From NCBI RefSeq assembly GCF_009914755.1, contig NC_060928.1: DNA of 64,000 nucleotides; one strand, written 5' to 3'. This document shows, piece after piece, positions 25,984 through 40,429 of the stretch (its first letter is position 1; every line of letters begins with the position of its first letter). The notes below the pieces were generated by a model, which saw only the letters and a program-made list of their open reading frames with translations, made no database searches and was not told the origin of the DNA. Source of the DNA: the human T2T-CHM13v2.0 reference genome, Homo sapiens. The translations under genes and the position numbers were made by a program.

Positions 25984-26539
25984 CATGGCATTTCTGGAGA
26001 CTTTCATCTCATAAATCCAATTTTTGGGCTTATTTTCAATAAACAATCCTTGGCCAAGAGCATCCTTACAAGAAGATACCATAAATATGGACCATGCTTC
26101 TAACAAATATTAGTCTCCTTGTTAGCATGCATTGATCATCATATTTACGAGGAAATTAGACAAGATCACCTGCCCTTACCCAGAAGTGTTTCATAACTTT
26201 TCTTCCAAGCTCGCAAACTGATTGGAAGTGAGTTGATCTCAGGGCAGTGGCTTTCATTCTTTCTTTTTCAGTATTGTTAGTTTTCAAAAACTCCCTACTT
26301 GTTTATTGCAAGCATATAGAATGATAATTTGATATTTATATTGACCTTATTAAAGGTCAACGTTATCTACTGGTGTCTTTAATGTAATTTAGAAATTCAT
26401 TTTATTCCCTCGTATTTGTGAGCTTTTTATTTTATCATGACTATATGCTGATGTTTTTCATGTTTGTTTTCTTTTTTTGCCTGAATTGGGATGTGCTGTG
26501 ATTTTCTTTCTTTAACTTATTTATTTTTTCTGTTGGCTA

Positions 26540-27027
26540 TATTAACTTCCTATGAATTCTGTATCAAACTACCATAAATTTAGTGGCTCAAACCAACAAA
26601 ACTTTATTTTGTCACAGTTCTGGGGGCCATAAGTATGAAATCAGTATCAGTAGACCAAATTCAAAGTGTTCTCTGGGCTCTACTCCTCTAGATGTTCTAA
26701 GCAAGAATAAGTTCACTGCCTCTTCCAGCTTTGATAACTGTGAGCATTCCTGCCATGTAGTGGCATCACTGCAATCACTGTCTCTGTGGTCACAGTGCCT
26801 TCTCTTCAGTCTGTGTTTAAGTCTCCCTTTGTCTTCCTCTTATAGAGGTACATGAGATTGCGTGTAGAACCCACCTTAAAAATTCAGGATAATCTCCCTA
26901 TCTCAAGATGCTTAACTAAATCACATCAGCAAAAAACCTGTTTTCATGTAACATAACAGTCACAGGTTCCAAACATTAAGCAGTAGATACCTTGGGTGGA
27001 AGGGTGGACATTTTTCTGCCTACTCTA
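26540..27027 (-). mobile_element. MLT1 (B/C/D-type) LTR
   Basis: CTACCATAAATTTAGTGGCTC...CACAGTTCTGG...CAGGATAATCTCCCTATCTCAAG. Confidence 0.75.
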
Positions 27028-27029
27028 TT

Positions 27030-28822
27030 GGCCTAAGTCCTTAGAGAAGCAGACCAAGATAGGATTAAATGTGCAAGAATTGTTTTAGGGAAAATGTCTT
27101 TAGAGAAAATGGGGGAAGGAAGGGAGCCACCTGTTTACTTCATTAGTCAATGCCTCTACCATTTGATTTGTTCTTAAAAAGTTGAGAACTTATAACCAAA
27201 TAATGAATTAATACACTTTAAATTAATTCATTATTTAGTCATGAGTTCTCAATTTTTCAAGCGTAGTACAAAAATCTTCACACTTCATACATCCTTCCAT
27301 ATGTCCATTCCCATGACTCTATTCCTGAATACCTTGTCTCTAATCATCCAGTTTTGTTTTGTTTTGTTTCCAAGTCCATGAACAGACAGCCAAGTCTTGT
27401 GTAATGCCCAGGCATCTAAATGTATGATTACCTCGGGTCACTTCTTACTCACCAAGTGGATGTCCAGGCTCACTTATTGCAGTTCTGCCCATTGGGGAGA
27501 TCTGTCTTTTCTATTGTCATTACAGGGCAATATCCTCAATAGCATCTATATAGATGTCCCTCTTCCGTGTTTCAGGTTCTCAAGTGTTTCCAACTAGGGC
27601 CTGACTTATCTTGTCTGAGCAATTCACCACTTATGGAGCTCTGTAACACTAACAATTAGCTTGTCAGCTCACTGATGTTCAGCCGTAACTGCCTTCTACT
27701 TCAAGAGACAAAAGGTTTTCTGTAAGTTATCACAGAGGCCTTTCGAGTTTCCCCTTGATAACAGTCGTTGACTTTTCATAAATCTGTATATCAATAACAA
27801 CTTGAAAATAACCAGCCAACTCTACTGACATTGTAGCCATTGTACCCACCATACTTTCCAAATACTTGTATCATCATGTTTTTCTCAACACCAGAACATT
27901 TTCCCTGCTTGTGGTTGGTAAAGTTCTTACCAAGTGAACTATCACCTGTGTGAAGACGGCCATAACATTCTGCCCCACCTACCCACCAGGATGATGTCCT
28001 CTGCCCTTGTCAGCTAGTGAATCAGCCTATACCAAACCTTCATCTTGCCACTTCTTTTCTCAGACCACTTCTAGTACCACTTGTTTTGGTTGGCATCTTT
28101 CAATAAGCAAATGCTAAGGTGGAATACATGTAGAAAAAATTACTTTATGGCCAGGCATGGTGGCTCACACCTGTAATCCTAGCACTTTGGGAGGCCAAAG
28201 CAAGTGGATCACCTGAGGTCAGTAGTTCAAGACCAGCCTGGCCAATATGGTGAAACCCCATCTCTACTAAAAACACAAAAATTTTCCGGGCATGGTGGTG
28301 CACACCTGTAATCCCAGCTACTCGGGAGGCTGAGGCAGGGGAATCACTTGAACTCGGGAAGAGGAGGTTTCAGTGAGTCGAGATCATGTCATTGCACTCC
28401 AGCCTGGGTGACAAGGGTGAAATTCTGTCTCAAAAAAAATAAGAAAAAATATAAAGAGGTAGCCAGGGGAGTCTAGGAGGGCCATCAAATTATGTTACAG
28501 ATTCAACTCTGAGTGAAGAAAAGTGGGAGGGATGAAAGGAAGATACTTTGGGCGGAACATTCTTACATTATAATGCAGCTATAAGAACAGTTCCACAAGG
28601 CCATACGGTATTCCATAACATTCAGACCATGTCCTAGGAGAACTCCATTCCCCAAGAAGGGGCTTCCATGAGTAGCCCTGCTGCATGGAGAGAGCAGCTT
28701 GTGGAAAGCATGGCCCTGATGCAAGTGCAGCAATCAATATAAAAGCACTGCACTTGGAGTCTTTGATCAGTTATACATTCTGTAGTTGGAGATCGGAGAG
28801 ATGCATTCTTGTAGCCACCACA
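27030..28822 (-). mobile_element. Ancient ERVL LTR and internal relics, interrupted by an Alu
   Basis: LTR16/33-like ends (GAGAAGCAGACCAAGATAGGATT; GATGCATTCTTGTAGCCACCACA) flanking degenerate ERVL internal sequence. Confidence 0.45.
28149..28452 (+). mobile_element. AluS (Sx-like)
   Basis: Full Alu dimer GGCCAGGCATGGTGGCTC...TGTCTCAAAA. Confidence 0.95.
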
Positions 28823-28829
28823 TTTGTTT

Positions 28830-30000
28830 TAAATGCTGAATTATATTGATTAATTTTCAAAAATAAAACTAACCTTGTGTTCCTGGAATAAATGTGCATT
28901 ACCATGATGTATTTGTTTTCAACTGGATTGCTTTGCTAATGTTCTGTTTCCTTCTAATCATGGAGCACATTTATGTAAAATTATTCCTGAATTATCCTTA
29001 TTAAGTGTTGGTATCAGGGTTTTGCTCACGTCACAAAATGTGTTTGGAAATATTCCTACTTCTTTTATTTTATGTAAGGGTTGGTGTGACATAGTATTAT
29101 TTCCTCTTTCAAATGTTTGATAGAATTCAACTGTGAAGTCATATGGGTCAGAAATTTCTTTCTTCTTTTTTGGAGGGGGTAAAAAGTTTCAATAATAAAT
29201 TCAATTTTTAACAGATATAAAAGTATTCTAATATTTTATTCCTTTTTGACTAATTTAGAAAGTTTCACCTTTGAAGTCAATGGTCCATTTTTTCCTACAT
29301 TATGGAATCTATAGTTATGTTTCCTTTTCATTATTGAGTATTTGCAATTGTTTTCTGGATCAATATTGCTATTCATATCAATTTTAGGAATCTTTTTTAG
29401 AAAATGACCTTTGACTCTTGGTTTTCTCTATTCTTTGACTTCTATTTTATTATTATTATTATTGTTATTATTTCACTAACAGATTTAATTTTCTCTTCTT
29501 CTATAGCTTCCTAATGGAGCAATTTGAGTTACTAAGTTTTAAAGCTCTACTTTTTAAAAATTAGAAGCAGATAAAGCTAGAAATTTTCCTCTTAGCACTG
29601 CTTTAGCTGACTCCCACAAATTTTGATATGTTGTCGTTTTATAACTAGTTTCCAATATGTTATAACTTGTATTTTAATTCCTCCTTTCAAATTTTTAATA
29701 TGGTTTGAAAGGTTTTAATTTATCTTGACATAAATTGTTTAGGAATATGTTGATTATTTTGTGTATATTTGGAAATTTCCTAGATACCTTTGTGTTATTC
29801 CTTTCTAATTTAATTCCATTTTGATGAATAATATATTTAATATAATTTTAACTTTCTTAAATTTGAGACCCTTTCTTATTACTCACAACTCTATTCTGAG
29901 AAAAGAAACATGTACCTTTTAAATGAATGTTTATTCTTGCTTTCATTGAGCATGTGTGATATTCTATATATGTCAATTAGTTTACGTTAGTCAAAAGCAT
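28830..30000 (-). mobile_element. Ancient L1M ORF2 fragment
   Basis: Degenerate reverse L1 ORF2 (GGTATCAGGGTTTTGCT..., TAGAATTCAACTGTGAAGTCAT). Confidence 0.65.
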
Positions 30001-30009
30001 TTACATATA

Positions 30010-30930
30010 CAGTCATGCGTTGCTTAATGATGGGAATATGTTCTGAGAAGTGCAATATTAGGTAATTTTTTTGTTGTGTAAACATCATAGAGTGTACTGA
30101 CAGAAATCAAGATGGTACAGCCTACTACAAACTTAGGCTATATAGTATGGCCTGTTGCTCTAGGCCACAAACTTGTACAGCATGTTACTGTACTGGATAC
30201 TGTAGGCAATTTTAACACAATGGTAAGAATTTCTGTATCTAAGCATATCTAAACATAGAAAAGGTACAGTAAAAACACAGTATAAAATATAAAAAAAATT
30301 GTACACTTGTATAGGGCACTTACCATGAATGGAGCTTGCAAAATTGGAAGTAGCTCTGGGTGAGTGAGTGAGTGAGTGAGTGGTGAGTGCATGTGAAGAC
30401 CTAGGACATTACTCCACACTACTGTAGACTTTATAAACACTGTATACTTAGGCTACACCAAATTTATAACAAAATATTGTTCTTTCTTAATAACAAATTA
30501 ATCTTATATTGTAACTTTTTTACTTCATAGACTTTTTAAATTTGGCCTTTTTATAATAACACAGCTTAAAACACATATTGTACATCTATACAAAAATATA
30601 TTATTTTATTATATCTTTATTCTATAAACCCTTTTCTATTTTAAAAATTTTTAATTATTTTTTTCTTTATTTGTTAAATGTTATTTTATTAAAAATGAAG
30701 ACACACACACACATTAGCCTAGGCCTATACAGAGTCAGATCATCAATATGACTGTCTTCTACCTCTATATCTTGTCCCACTAGAAGATGGTCAGGAACAA
30801 TAACATACTAGAAGCTAACTTGTACAACAATGTCTTCTTCTGGAATACCTCCTGAAGGACTTGCTTGAGGCTGTCTTTCAGTTAACTGTGTAGAAAGAAC
30901 ATACTCTAAAATAATAATAAACTATGACAT
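30010..30930. mobile_element. Tigger3b/Golem-derived TcMar-Tigger element, one end lost
   Basis: TA-CAGTCATGCGTTGCTTAATGATGGG terminus and ACATCATAGAGTGTACT...GCCTACTACA body. Confidence 0.85.
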
Positions 30931-33379
30931 ACAAAACAAATGCTAGTGCACTATTACTTGAAAACAAATAAATAGTATATTAAAGATATGATAATAGGCA
31001 GTGGGGTATGTGTATGTGTGTGTGTATATCTACATCTATATACCTATATCTATCTATATATTTCCCCTAAGATCTAAAGGTAAAGTAGAGTCCACTGGGG
31101 AGACAAATGTAAAGAACATAATGTGGTCAATGGAAACTTCAGGTTCAATAAAAAATTAGAAAAGTGTAATTCTTATTGCCTATAGACACATTTACTTCTT
31201 TGATTCTCAATATCTACAAATATTTGTGAACATAGTCTTCTTCTAAATAGAGAAGGTTATGAAATAAAAGCTTACATTGGAGACATTTTCCAAACACACT
31301 TTTCAAACTGATAGTACAAACTAGCTCAAAAATATAAAACTGGACAAGAATTCTATTTCATTCTTAATATCAAAAGTCCTTTCTCACTTAAATGTAACTT
31401 ACTGAAGCACTTTTCCTTGCATATATCCATGCATTCTCTCATTATGTTAAGCTTATTCCATTAAAAATATTTCAAATAAAATCAGTGATTGCTCTTTGTG
31501 AAATGTATGGGAATTAAGACATGATTTTCTAATTTTTATTATTGATAAATATTTTAACAATATTTAATTCAGAAGATATAAAATAGGTTTTAAAATTTTA
31601 ATTATATTTCACTGAAAATACATTTTACCTTCATTTTTCATCAATTACTCAACCTGTATGTTTTTCTACATATCTAAGCTATCACTTTCTAATACTCTTT
31701 GTATCTTACTTAACTAAATAGACTATTACAGGTAAATTTTTAATGCTATTTCCAATCAATAGAATTGCAATGTTAATATCAAACAACTCCATTTAAAAAA
31801 ATACACACACCTTTAAAACACTGTGCTCAAATATTAAATTACATTTCAACAAAAGCTTTCTGTTTCAGCTGCTTATGTTCTAGGAGACTTAACTGAAAAT
31901 ATAGAGATGATAACTAATGTTGAGGGAAATTAGAAAACAACATTATTGTACAATATGTTATAATGTTAAATTAGTAAAAATGATGTTTCTACAGAACTGG
32001 GTTTATTAAAAAAACTAATAAATATTGGTATATAAATTTTGTTCATGTAAATTAGTACTCAAATTCACTTACTACCACAATTAACTATAATATTAATGTT
32101 AATAATTACTTCTTAGTATAAATAATACACCTAAAAAACACTGGTGAAAATATTTTAAATATTATCAAGGTTTTGCATAATTACATAAAGAGAAATGTGC
32201 CATTTTTCACACATCATTACTCCTTGAAATACAACCATATACATTTCTGGATATTTTGTTACTTTTAAATTGACAACATTGAAGATGTTGGAAGAAAGAA
32301 AATTGCAGGCAGAAAATGGTAAACTTCTATAAACTTCTCTAAATCATGCTGTACAGATTAGATAACATATGCAGCCTCGTGAGAATTGTTCAAGTCTATT
32401 ATATTCTGATTATTATAGTCAAATCATCTTATGATTCATTACAGTACAAGGAGACAGTATTTCAGCAGCTATCAGTATTTCTTTTTCCAGTAAATGGAGT
32501 TCCAAACTTGCATTATCCTACATTGGCTGTTTAGGCCTCTTCCCTGGGAATGCAGCTATAACAGGCTCTTTGAACCCAGGAGGACCCTATTGAGTAGCTT
32601 CCCTTTATCTACCATTGATTTATATTAAAAATTTTAAATCCTGTTACCTGTTTCTAAACTCTAAAGCCAACAAAACTGAAGAATAGCAATTTGTCTAAAA
32701 GAGTGTATGAAATTTAAAAAATTAAATAAAGAACATTAAAAGAAAAAGTAACTTGTCATATAAAATCATGTTGTAACTCTAAAATTCAAGAGAGTGTAGT
32801 ATTTGTATAGGTAGGCACATCACACGAGGAAAAGAAAACGAGGAAGGCTAAAATAGAGTCAAGAATATATAAAAACCTCAATTATGAGAAGAGAGTGAAC
32901 ACCAGTGGGGAAAAAGGATGTTGTATTTGTAATGAATACTGCTAATGTCTCTAAATTTCCTGATTTCTAGACATGCTGCACAGATATGATATTGGGTAGG
33001 AGCGAATGAACCTAGAAGAACCCTGCTATAGTAGAGTGGACTCACCAGCATCTCTTCATGAGCCCCATCTCCACGGCTTTCACTTTTTATGAGTGACTGT
33101 GAGAGTGGCCTGATATCAAAAAGACTGCTTGAGCACTAGGCAATCTGAGCTTAGGTGTTCATAGTTTACAAAATCAATTGTTAAAACCAGTTGCTAAAGT
33201 AACTGTGTCTGTAGACAGTTATAGCCAGTGGTGGAAGCCTGCACACTGGTGCTAAGCGAAGCACAGAATCTCCTGCTAAGCTGCAGTCAAGGCCCTCCTG
33301 TTCCAAACAGCTCATTACCAGGTAATCCAAGATATGTTATCATAGAACCATTCTTCTAAATAATGTTTATTATATTTAG

Positions 33380-34200
33380 AAACACAGAGGGGGAAAGGGC
33401 AAAAGCTGGGAAAAAAAACCTTGCATTGCCTGTAATTTACTTAAGTTTTAATATCTGAAATACATAAAAATTAAATAGAAAAAGGCAAATAATCTAGTAG
33501 AAATAGATTAAAAGATTAGCAGACAAATAACCTAATTCTTATTAGCAATCTTAGCAAAAAATTGGAACGATTAGGTCAACAGCAATTAAAAATGTGAAAA
33601 CAAGGGTTGGCTAGGATGTGAAACAAACAAACTGCTAACAGGTACTTAAATCTGTTCAACTACCTTGAGAAACTGAAGATATACATATCCTATGACTCCG
33701 ACATTTTGTACACATGCAGTGAGGGAAACAAACAAGGATACACATAGACACTTTGTATAATGCAAGCAAATAAAAACATTGCAAATATCTATCAACTATA
33801 AAATAGATAAATATTCAGGCAGTGTTCTACATTAATGTAAGGAAATCAACGGCAGTGATATATGCTGCTATGGACAAAACTTAGGAACTCAATATTGGGA
33901 AAAAATAAGTTATAAATGATTCTTTACAGCAAAATCAATAGACAAAATGTGAAACTAAGCAAAATATTGCTTAGGGATAGAAATTTGTGGAAAACTAAAA
34001 GTAAATTTACAGGAATAATAACCACAACAATTTTGAAAATGGTTATCTCTGGAGTATAGAGGACAGAAGAATTTGACTAGAAAATGACACAGAAAACCTC
34101 AGTTTTTTAAAAGATTATAATTCACTTTACAATTTTATAAAGTGAAGTTGGTTTATAATATTTTCAGAAATAATAAATATATGTTGATGTTTTCATTGTA
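33380..34200 (+). mobile_element. L1ME-type 3' fragment
   Basis: Degenerate L1 3' motifs (GTTGGCTAGGATGTG, AACTGAAGATATACATATCCTATGAC, GGTTATCTCTGG). Confidence 0.5.
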
Positions 34201-34596
34201 ATTTTGTTTTATTTAATACAATTAGAACACTTTCAGCAAGATTGTACCTAGCTATAGATATACAAAAAATAAATTTTATTCTGTTATAAGTCTAAAATAT
34301 TATATCACTGTTTAAATGTGATAATAAAAATGTAAAAAATGATACTGCATCAAAATTTGAAAACAAAAGTAGATAAATGGCATGTTTACAATTTTGTTTT
34401 GAAGAGTTCACCACCACACTGCAAATTGGAAAGAAAAAGTAAAGTTAACTTACTAAACTTAGTAATTTTGTCTACATTTTATAGACATTTTCAAATAAAA
34501 TAGTTTATAACCTTCCCAAATATTCATCTTTTTCATTAAGTCACTTTAGACAGACTATAAATGAAAAAATATTAATAAAAAAATGCCATTGAATAT

Positions 34597-34610
34597 CTGC
34601 CACCTGGTGG
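34597..34610 (-). promoter_or_regulatory. CTCF core motif
   Basis: Minus strand CCACCAGGTGGCAG, a near-ideal CTCF core, with TTCCAGTT 5 nt upstream resembling the U motif. Confidence 0.55.
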
Positions 34611-35816
34611 AAGTCAACTGGAACTATAAGAACAATTTTTTGTTAATTTTTCTTTATGGTTATGTTTCTATATCTCCTTAAATAGAATGTTCTGCTTAAA
34701 GCAAAAGTGGGAATGAAAAGAGAGGGTGTTTTTTTTTGGTAGCTTCACAGACACTTAAAAATCATTTTGCAGAAATTATATAATCTCCCAAGTGAGGAAT
34801 GTGGATAATATAGTATAATTTCTTAAATGTATAATCAATACTGTGCTATGAAAATAGTATAAAGTTGTACAGTGAATTATATGAGAAAAATGGCTATACT
34901 CTGTTATAATTGATGCCAAAAATAAATATGTTTTCATTATTATTATTATTACTAACAGACTATAATAGTCATAAGTGTAAGACAAATGTAAATACCAAAT
35001 AATTACATTTGGATACATTTCAGCCCTCACTTCAGTTCTCAAATACAGAAAAGGAAAGAAACATTGGTAAATAGAATATTATATATACAATAGTATCTCA
35101 CATATTGTGATATTTGTCTTAGCCTTCATCTTTTGAGTCATCAGTTTTATTTGCACTGATAAAAGAACTTCCAGCCTGCTGATTTAGCTATGTTATTTCT
35201 TAATTTTTACTTAAACGGAACTTTATTTGCGTAGTTTTGGTCATTTATATTATGATTCTTTATATTGTTCAAAGTGAACAGTCATGTAAACATTTTTAAA
35301 CACACATACACACACACACATATATATCCATATGCATATATTCGACTTGTTGCAATATAGATAGCAAGAAAGGCCATCTATTTCTCTCAGTATTATTAGT
35401 TTTAAGGAGGAAATGAGCTAAAGTTACAAGAGTTTCCTTTTTTTTTTTATAAAACTAACTATATAAACTAGTATATAACCTAAAAAGAAATGTTCTATGG
35501 ATTTTTTAACCCCAAATTAAAATTTCATGCTTGCAAAATATATTGATTTGGGTGTCTTAAATTAATGCCTTGTTTCTACATGGACTCATTAACCTAAAGT
35601 AAAATTATAGTTCACTTAAAGATTCATAGTTTTCTTATATTAAGATAATTGACATGTATAATCTGAAGTGAAAAAAATGGGGAAATAATATTTTATTGCA
35701 AAAACATATAGGAAAAGTGATACAGACATATATTCCAGAATACCAAAGCAGTCCAACCTCTGTCTCAGCTAACTCCTCCCTTTATGCAAATTGCTGAGCA
35801 ATTGGTGTGATTTGTA

Positions 35817-36858
35817 AAAGCAATGGCAACAAAAGCCAAAATTGACAAATGGGATCTAATTAAACTAAAGAGCTTCTGCACAGCAAAAGAAACTATCATC
35901 AGAGTGAACAGGCAGCCTACAGAATGGGAGAAAATTTTTGCAATCTGTCCATCTGACAAAGGGCTAACATCCAGAATATACAAAGAACTTAAACAAATTT
36001 ACAAGAAACAAAGAACCCCATCAAAAAATGTGTGAAGGATATGAACAGACACTTCTCAAAAGAAGACATTTATGCAGCCACCAAAGATATGAAAAAAAAC
36101 TCATCTTCACTGGTCATTAGAGAAATGCAAATCAAAACCACAATGAGACACCATCTCATGCCTGTTAGAATGGCAATCATTAAAAAATCTGGAAAGAACA
36201 GATGCTGGAGAGGATGTGGAGAAATAGGAACACTTTTACACTGTTGATGGGAGTGTAAATTAGTTCAACCATTGTGAAAGACAGTGTGGCGATTCCTCAA
36301 GGATCTAGAACTGGGAATACCATTTGACCCAGCAATCCCATTACTGGGTATATACCCAAAGGATTATAAATCATTCTGCTATAAAGACACATGCACACCT
36401 ATGTTTATTGCTACACTGTTCACAATAGCAAAGACTTGGAACCAACACAAATGTCCATCAATGATAGACTGGATAAAGAAAATGTGGCACATATACACCA
36501 TGGAATACTATGCAGCCATAAAAAAGGATCAGTTCATGTTCTTTGCAGGGGCATGGATGAAGCTGGAAACCATCATTCTCAGCAAACTAACACAAGAACA
36601 GAAAACCAAACACTGCATGTTCCCACTCATAAGTGGGAGTTGAACAATGAGAACACATGGACACAGGGAGGAGAACATCACACACTGGGGCCTGTCGGGG
36701 GTTGGGGGGTAGGGAAGGGATAGCATTAGGAGAAATACCTAATGTAGATGACAGGTTGATGGGGGCAGCAAACCACCATGGCATGTGTATACCTATGTAA
36801 CAAACCTGCATGTTCTGCACATGTACCCCAGAACTTAAAGTATAATAATAATAATAAA
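35817..36858 (+). mobile_element. 5'-truncated L1PA7-like element
   Basis: ORF2 C-terminal peptides ([18 protein letters not shown]...), 3' UTR TAGATGACAGGTTGATG...CCCAGAACTTAAAG, (AAT)n tail. Confidence 0.92.
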
Positions 36859-36986
36859 CAAGACTGATCAATGATTTGTCTCTTTCTCCCTATTGTATAA
36901 TTCAGTTCCTCAACAGTCTACCATTTCTAAAGAACATTAACTTTATGACATACACTGTTCACATGCAAAGAGTAGATTTCTATTAG

Positions 36987-39277
36987 TGTATTAGTCTGTT
37001 CTCACGCTGCTATAAAGATACTACCTGAGACTGGGTAACTTAAAGAAAATAGGTTTGGTCCACAGTTAGGCATGACTGAGGAAGTCTCAGGAAACTTACC
37101 ATCATGGTGGAAAGTGAAGGGAAAGCAAGGCACACCTTACATGGTGGCGGGAGGGAGAGAGCAAGGAAGTACCACACTGTAAAACCATCAGCTCTCATGA
37201 GAACTCACTCATTATCATGAGAAGATCATGGGGGGACCACCCCCATGATCCAATCACCTCCCATAAGGTCCCTCCCTCAACACATGGGGATTGAAATTCA
37301 AGATGAGATTTGGGTGAGGACATAGCGCTAAACCATATCATTCCACCCCTGACCCCTACCAAATCTCATGTCCTTCTCACATTTCAAAGCTAATCATCCC
37401 TTCCCAACAGTTCCCAAAATTTTAATTCATTCCAGCATTAACTCAAAAGTCCATAATCCAAAGTTTCATCTGAGACAAAGTCCCTTCCACCTATGAACCT
37501 GTAAATCAAAAGCAAGTTAGTTACTTCCAAGAAAAAATGGCAGCACAGGAATTAGGTAAATGTTTCCATTCCAAATGGGAGAAATTGGCCAAAACAAAGG
37601 GGTCATAGACCCCATGTAAGTCTAAAACCTGGCTAGGTAGTCACTAAATCTTAAAGCTCCAAAATGATGTCCTCTTTGACTCCATGTCTCACATCCAGGA
37701 TGTGCTGATGCAAAGGGTGGACTCCTATGGCCTTGGGGAGCTCTTCACCTGTGGCTTTGCAGGGTACAGCCCTAGCTGCTGCTTTCACAGGCTGGCATTG
37801 AGTGCCTGTGGCTTTTCCAGGCACCCGATGCAAGCTGTCTGTGGATCTAACTTTCTGGGGTCTGGAGAATGGTAGTCCTCTTCTCACAGCTCCACTAGGC
37901 AGTACCCCCGTGGGTACTCTGTATGGGGGCTTTAACCCCACATTTCCCTTCCCCAGTGCCCTAGCAGAGATTCTGCCCCTGCAGCAAACTTCTGCCTGGA
38001 CATCCAGGTGTTTTCATAGGCAGAGGTTTCTAAAACTTAACTCTTATATTCTGTACACCTGCAGGCCAAATACAATGTGGAAGCCACCAAGGCTTGTGGC
38101 TTGCACCCTCTGAAGCAATGGCTTGAGCTGCACTTTAGCCACTTTTAGCCATGGAGTGGCTGGGTTGCAGGGCACCAAGTCTCAAGGCTGCACACACCAG
38201 CAGGGCCCAAGGCCGCACCCACAATACCATTTTATCTTCGTAGGCCTCTGGGCCTGTGATGGGAGGGCCTACCTTGAAGATCTCTGGCATGCCCTTGTGA
38301 CTTTGTCCATTGTCTTGGGGATTAACACTTGGCCTCTCTTTACTTATGCAAATTTCTGAAGTCAGCTTGAATTACTCCTCAGAAAGTGGGTTTTTCTTTT
38401 CTACCACATGGTCAGGCTGCAAAATTTCCAAACTTTTATGCTCTGCTTCCCTTTTAAACACAATTTCCAATTTCGAAACTTCTGTTTGTAAGTGCATATA
38501 ACTATAAGCTTTCAGGAAAAAAACAGCTCATATCCTGAATGCTTTGCTGCTTAGAAGTTTCTTCTGCCAGATCCCCTAAATCATCTCTCTCAAGTTCAAA
38601 GTTCCACAGATATCTAAGGCAGGGGGAAAATTCTGTCAGTCTCTTTACTAAAGTATAGCAAGAGTGACCTTTGCTCCAGTTCCCAATGAGTTTCTCATCT
38701 CCACCAGAGGCCACCTCATTCTGGAATTCAGTTTCCATATCACTATCAGAATTTTGGTTAAAACGATTCAACACATCTCTAGGAAGTTCCAGACTTTCCC
38801 ACATCTTCCTGTCTTCTAAGTCCTTCAAACTGTTCTGAACTTTTCCCATTACCCAGCTCCAAATTTGCTTCTACCTTTTCAGGATATCTTTGTATTATTG
38901 ACCCACCCCTGGTACCAATTCTCTGTTATTGTCCATTCTCACACTGCTATAAAGATACTACCTGAGATTAGGCAATTTATAAAGAGAGGTTTAATTTACT
39001 CACAGTTCTGCATGGCTGGGGAAGCCTCAGCAAACTTAAAATCATGGTGGAAGGTGAAGGGAAAGCAAGGCACATCTGACATGATGGCAGAAGAAAGAGA
39101 GTGAGGAAGTGCCACTTTAAACTGTTACATCTCATGAGAACTCATTCACTATCATGAGAACAGCATGGGGGAATCTACTCCATGATCCAATAACCTCCAA
39201 TCAGGTCCCTCTCTCGATATGTGGGGATTATAATTTGAGATGAGATTTGGGTAAGGACACAGAGTCAAACCATATTA
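36987..39277 (-). mobile_element. Full-length THE1D-type MaLR (LTR-internal-LTR)
   Basis: LTRs at 36987-37340 and about 38924-39277; internal region matches other THE1-int copies; TSD ATTAG/TTTAG (4 of 5). Confidence 0.9.
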
Positions 39278-39441
39278 TTTAGTCATTTGAGCAATGCCCA
39301 TGAAAATAACGTAGATTGTCAGGTCTTTTATATAGTACAGTATCTGCTGTGTCAATCTTGGGAATAGCCCCATGAGGAAAGTTTAAATTGTCTCTACTTT
39401 TCATGCTTTAGACATGAGTTTTGATTTAGTTATTATCTAAG

Positions 39442-39886
39442 TGTGGAGTCCTAACTAGAGAAAAGAAATCAGACTAGTAGGAGAAGGAGAAAGCAAAAAG
39501 AAGAGCAGATAACCTCTAAGTCTATATTTCTTCATGGTCCAGAACACCTCGCCTTCCTGTGCAAGTAACTCACAACCTTCCTAGGTCTGGCTTATCACCA
39601 GATTCTTGGCTGATAGAAAAATGCAAGTTTGCTCACTATAACTTTGGCATTATTAGTACTGCGTGCAGCCCTCTCCAGCACATACCACAAGCCTCATCCT
39701 ATAGAGTCCCCTGCAAGCCTTTGTCTCCTTGCAGTCAGCTTCCCTCTTGCTGACTTGCCTATTGCACCCATGCAACATACTTTTCTACTTTCTATAATAA
39801 GTTTGCCTTATTTTCCTACAACTGTCTTGGTAAATTTGTTTTACTACCCACATGACACTGGCCCCAGACAGTCAGCACCTGTGACA
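39442..39886 (+). mobile_element. LTR47-type solo LTR (ERVL)
   Basis: TGTGGAGTCCTAA...GTGACA termini; TSD CTAAG/GTAAG (4 of 5). Confidence 0.7.
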
Positions 39887-40429
39887 GTAAGGCTTCAAAC
39901 TGCACAGTGTTCCTTTGTTCAAAGTGCCCACAAATGATGTTAACGAGATAAAGAAAACTCCCTAGATCAAGGTTAATTTTTTCAAAGTGAACAGACACAT
40001 AAATGTTTCTCTAATCCCTATTCTGGACATATACCTTCTTCCTCAGACCAACTAACCTGTTGGCCTGTGTATTTCAAACTCTCGCATTCAGCAGTTAATC
40101 TATTACAAGTCTCATTATTGGGGGGGGAGATATTTTTATTATTATTTTATAATCAGAGTTAATTATATTGCCTGAACATAGCTAATGATCAAAATCGGGT
40201 GTATTTGTATTATGTCCCTTTGAAAGAACTGTTCACTTATTCTTAGATCAAGTTAGGCCTAGGGTCTTTGATGACATTTCTTAATTCAGTGAAAGCACAA
40301 ATTCCTTCTGTCATCCTTGTCTTAGCAAGATTGCTTATTTGAAATCTTTCTTCTCTTAAGAAAACATTAGCACACACTCTGTGCTTAATAATAAACAAAT
40401 TATACTCAAAAGTCTTTTTTTAATCTGCA

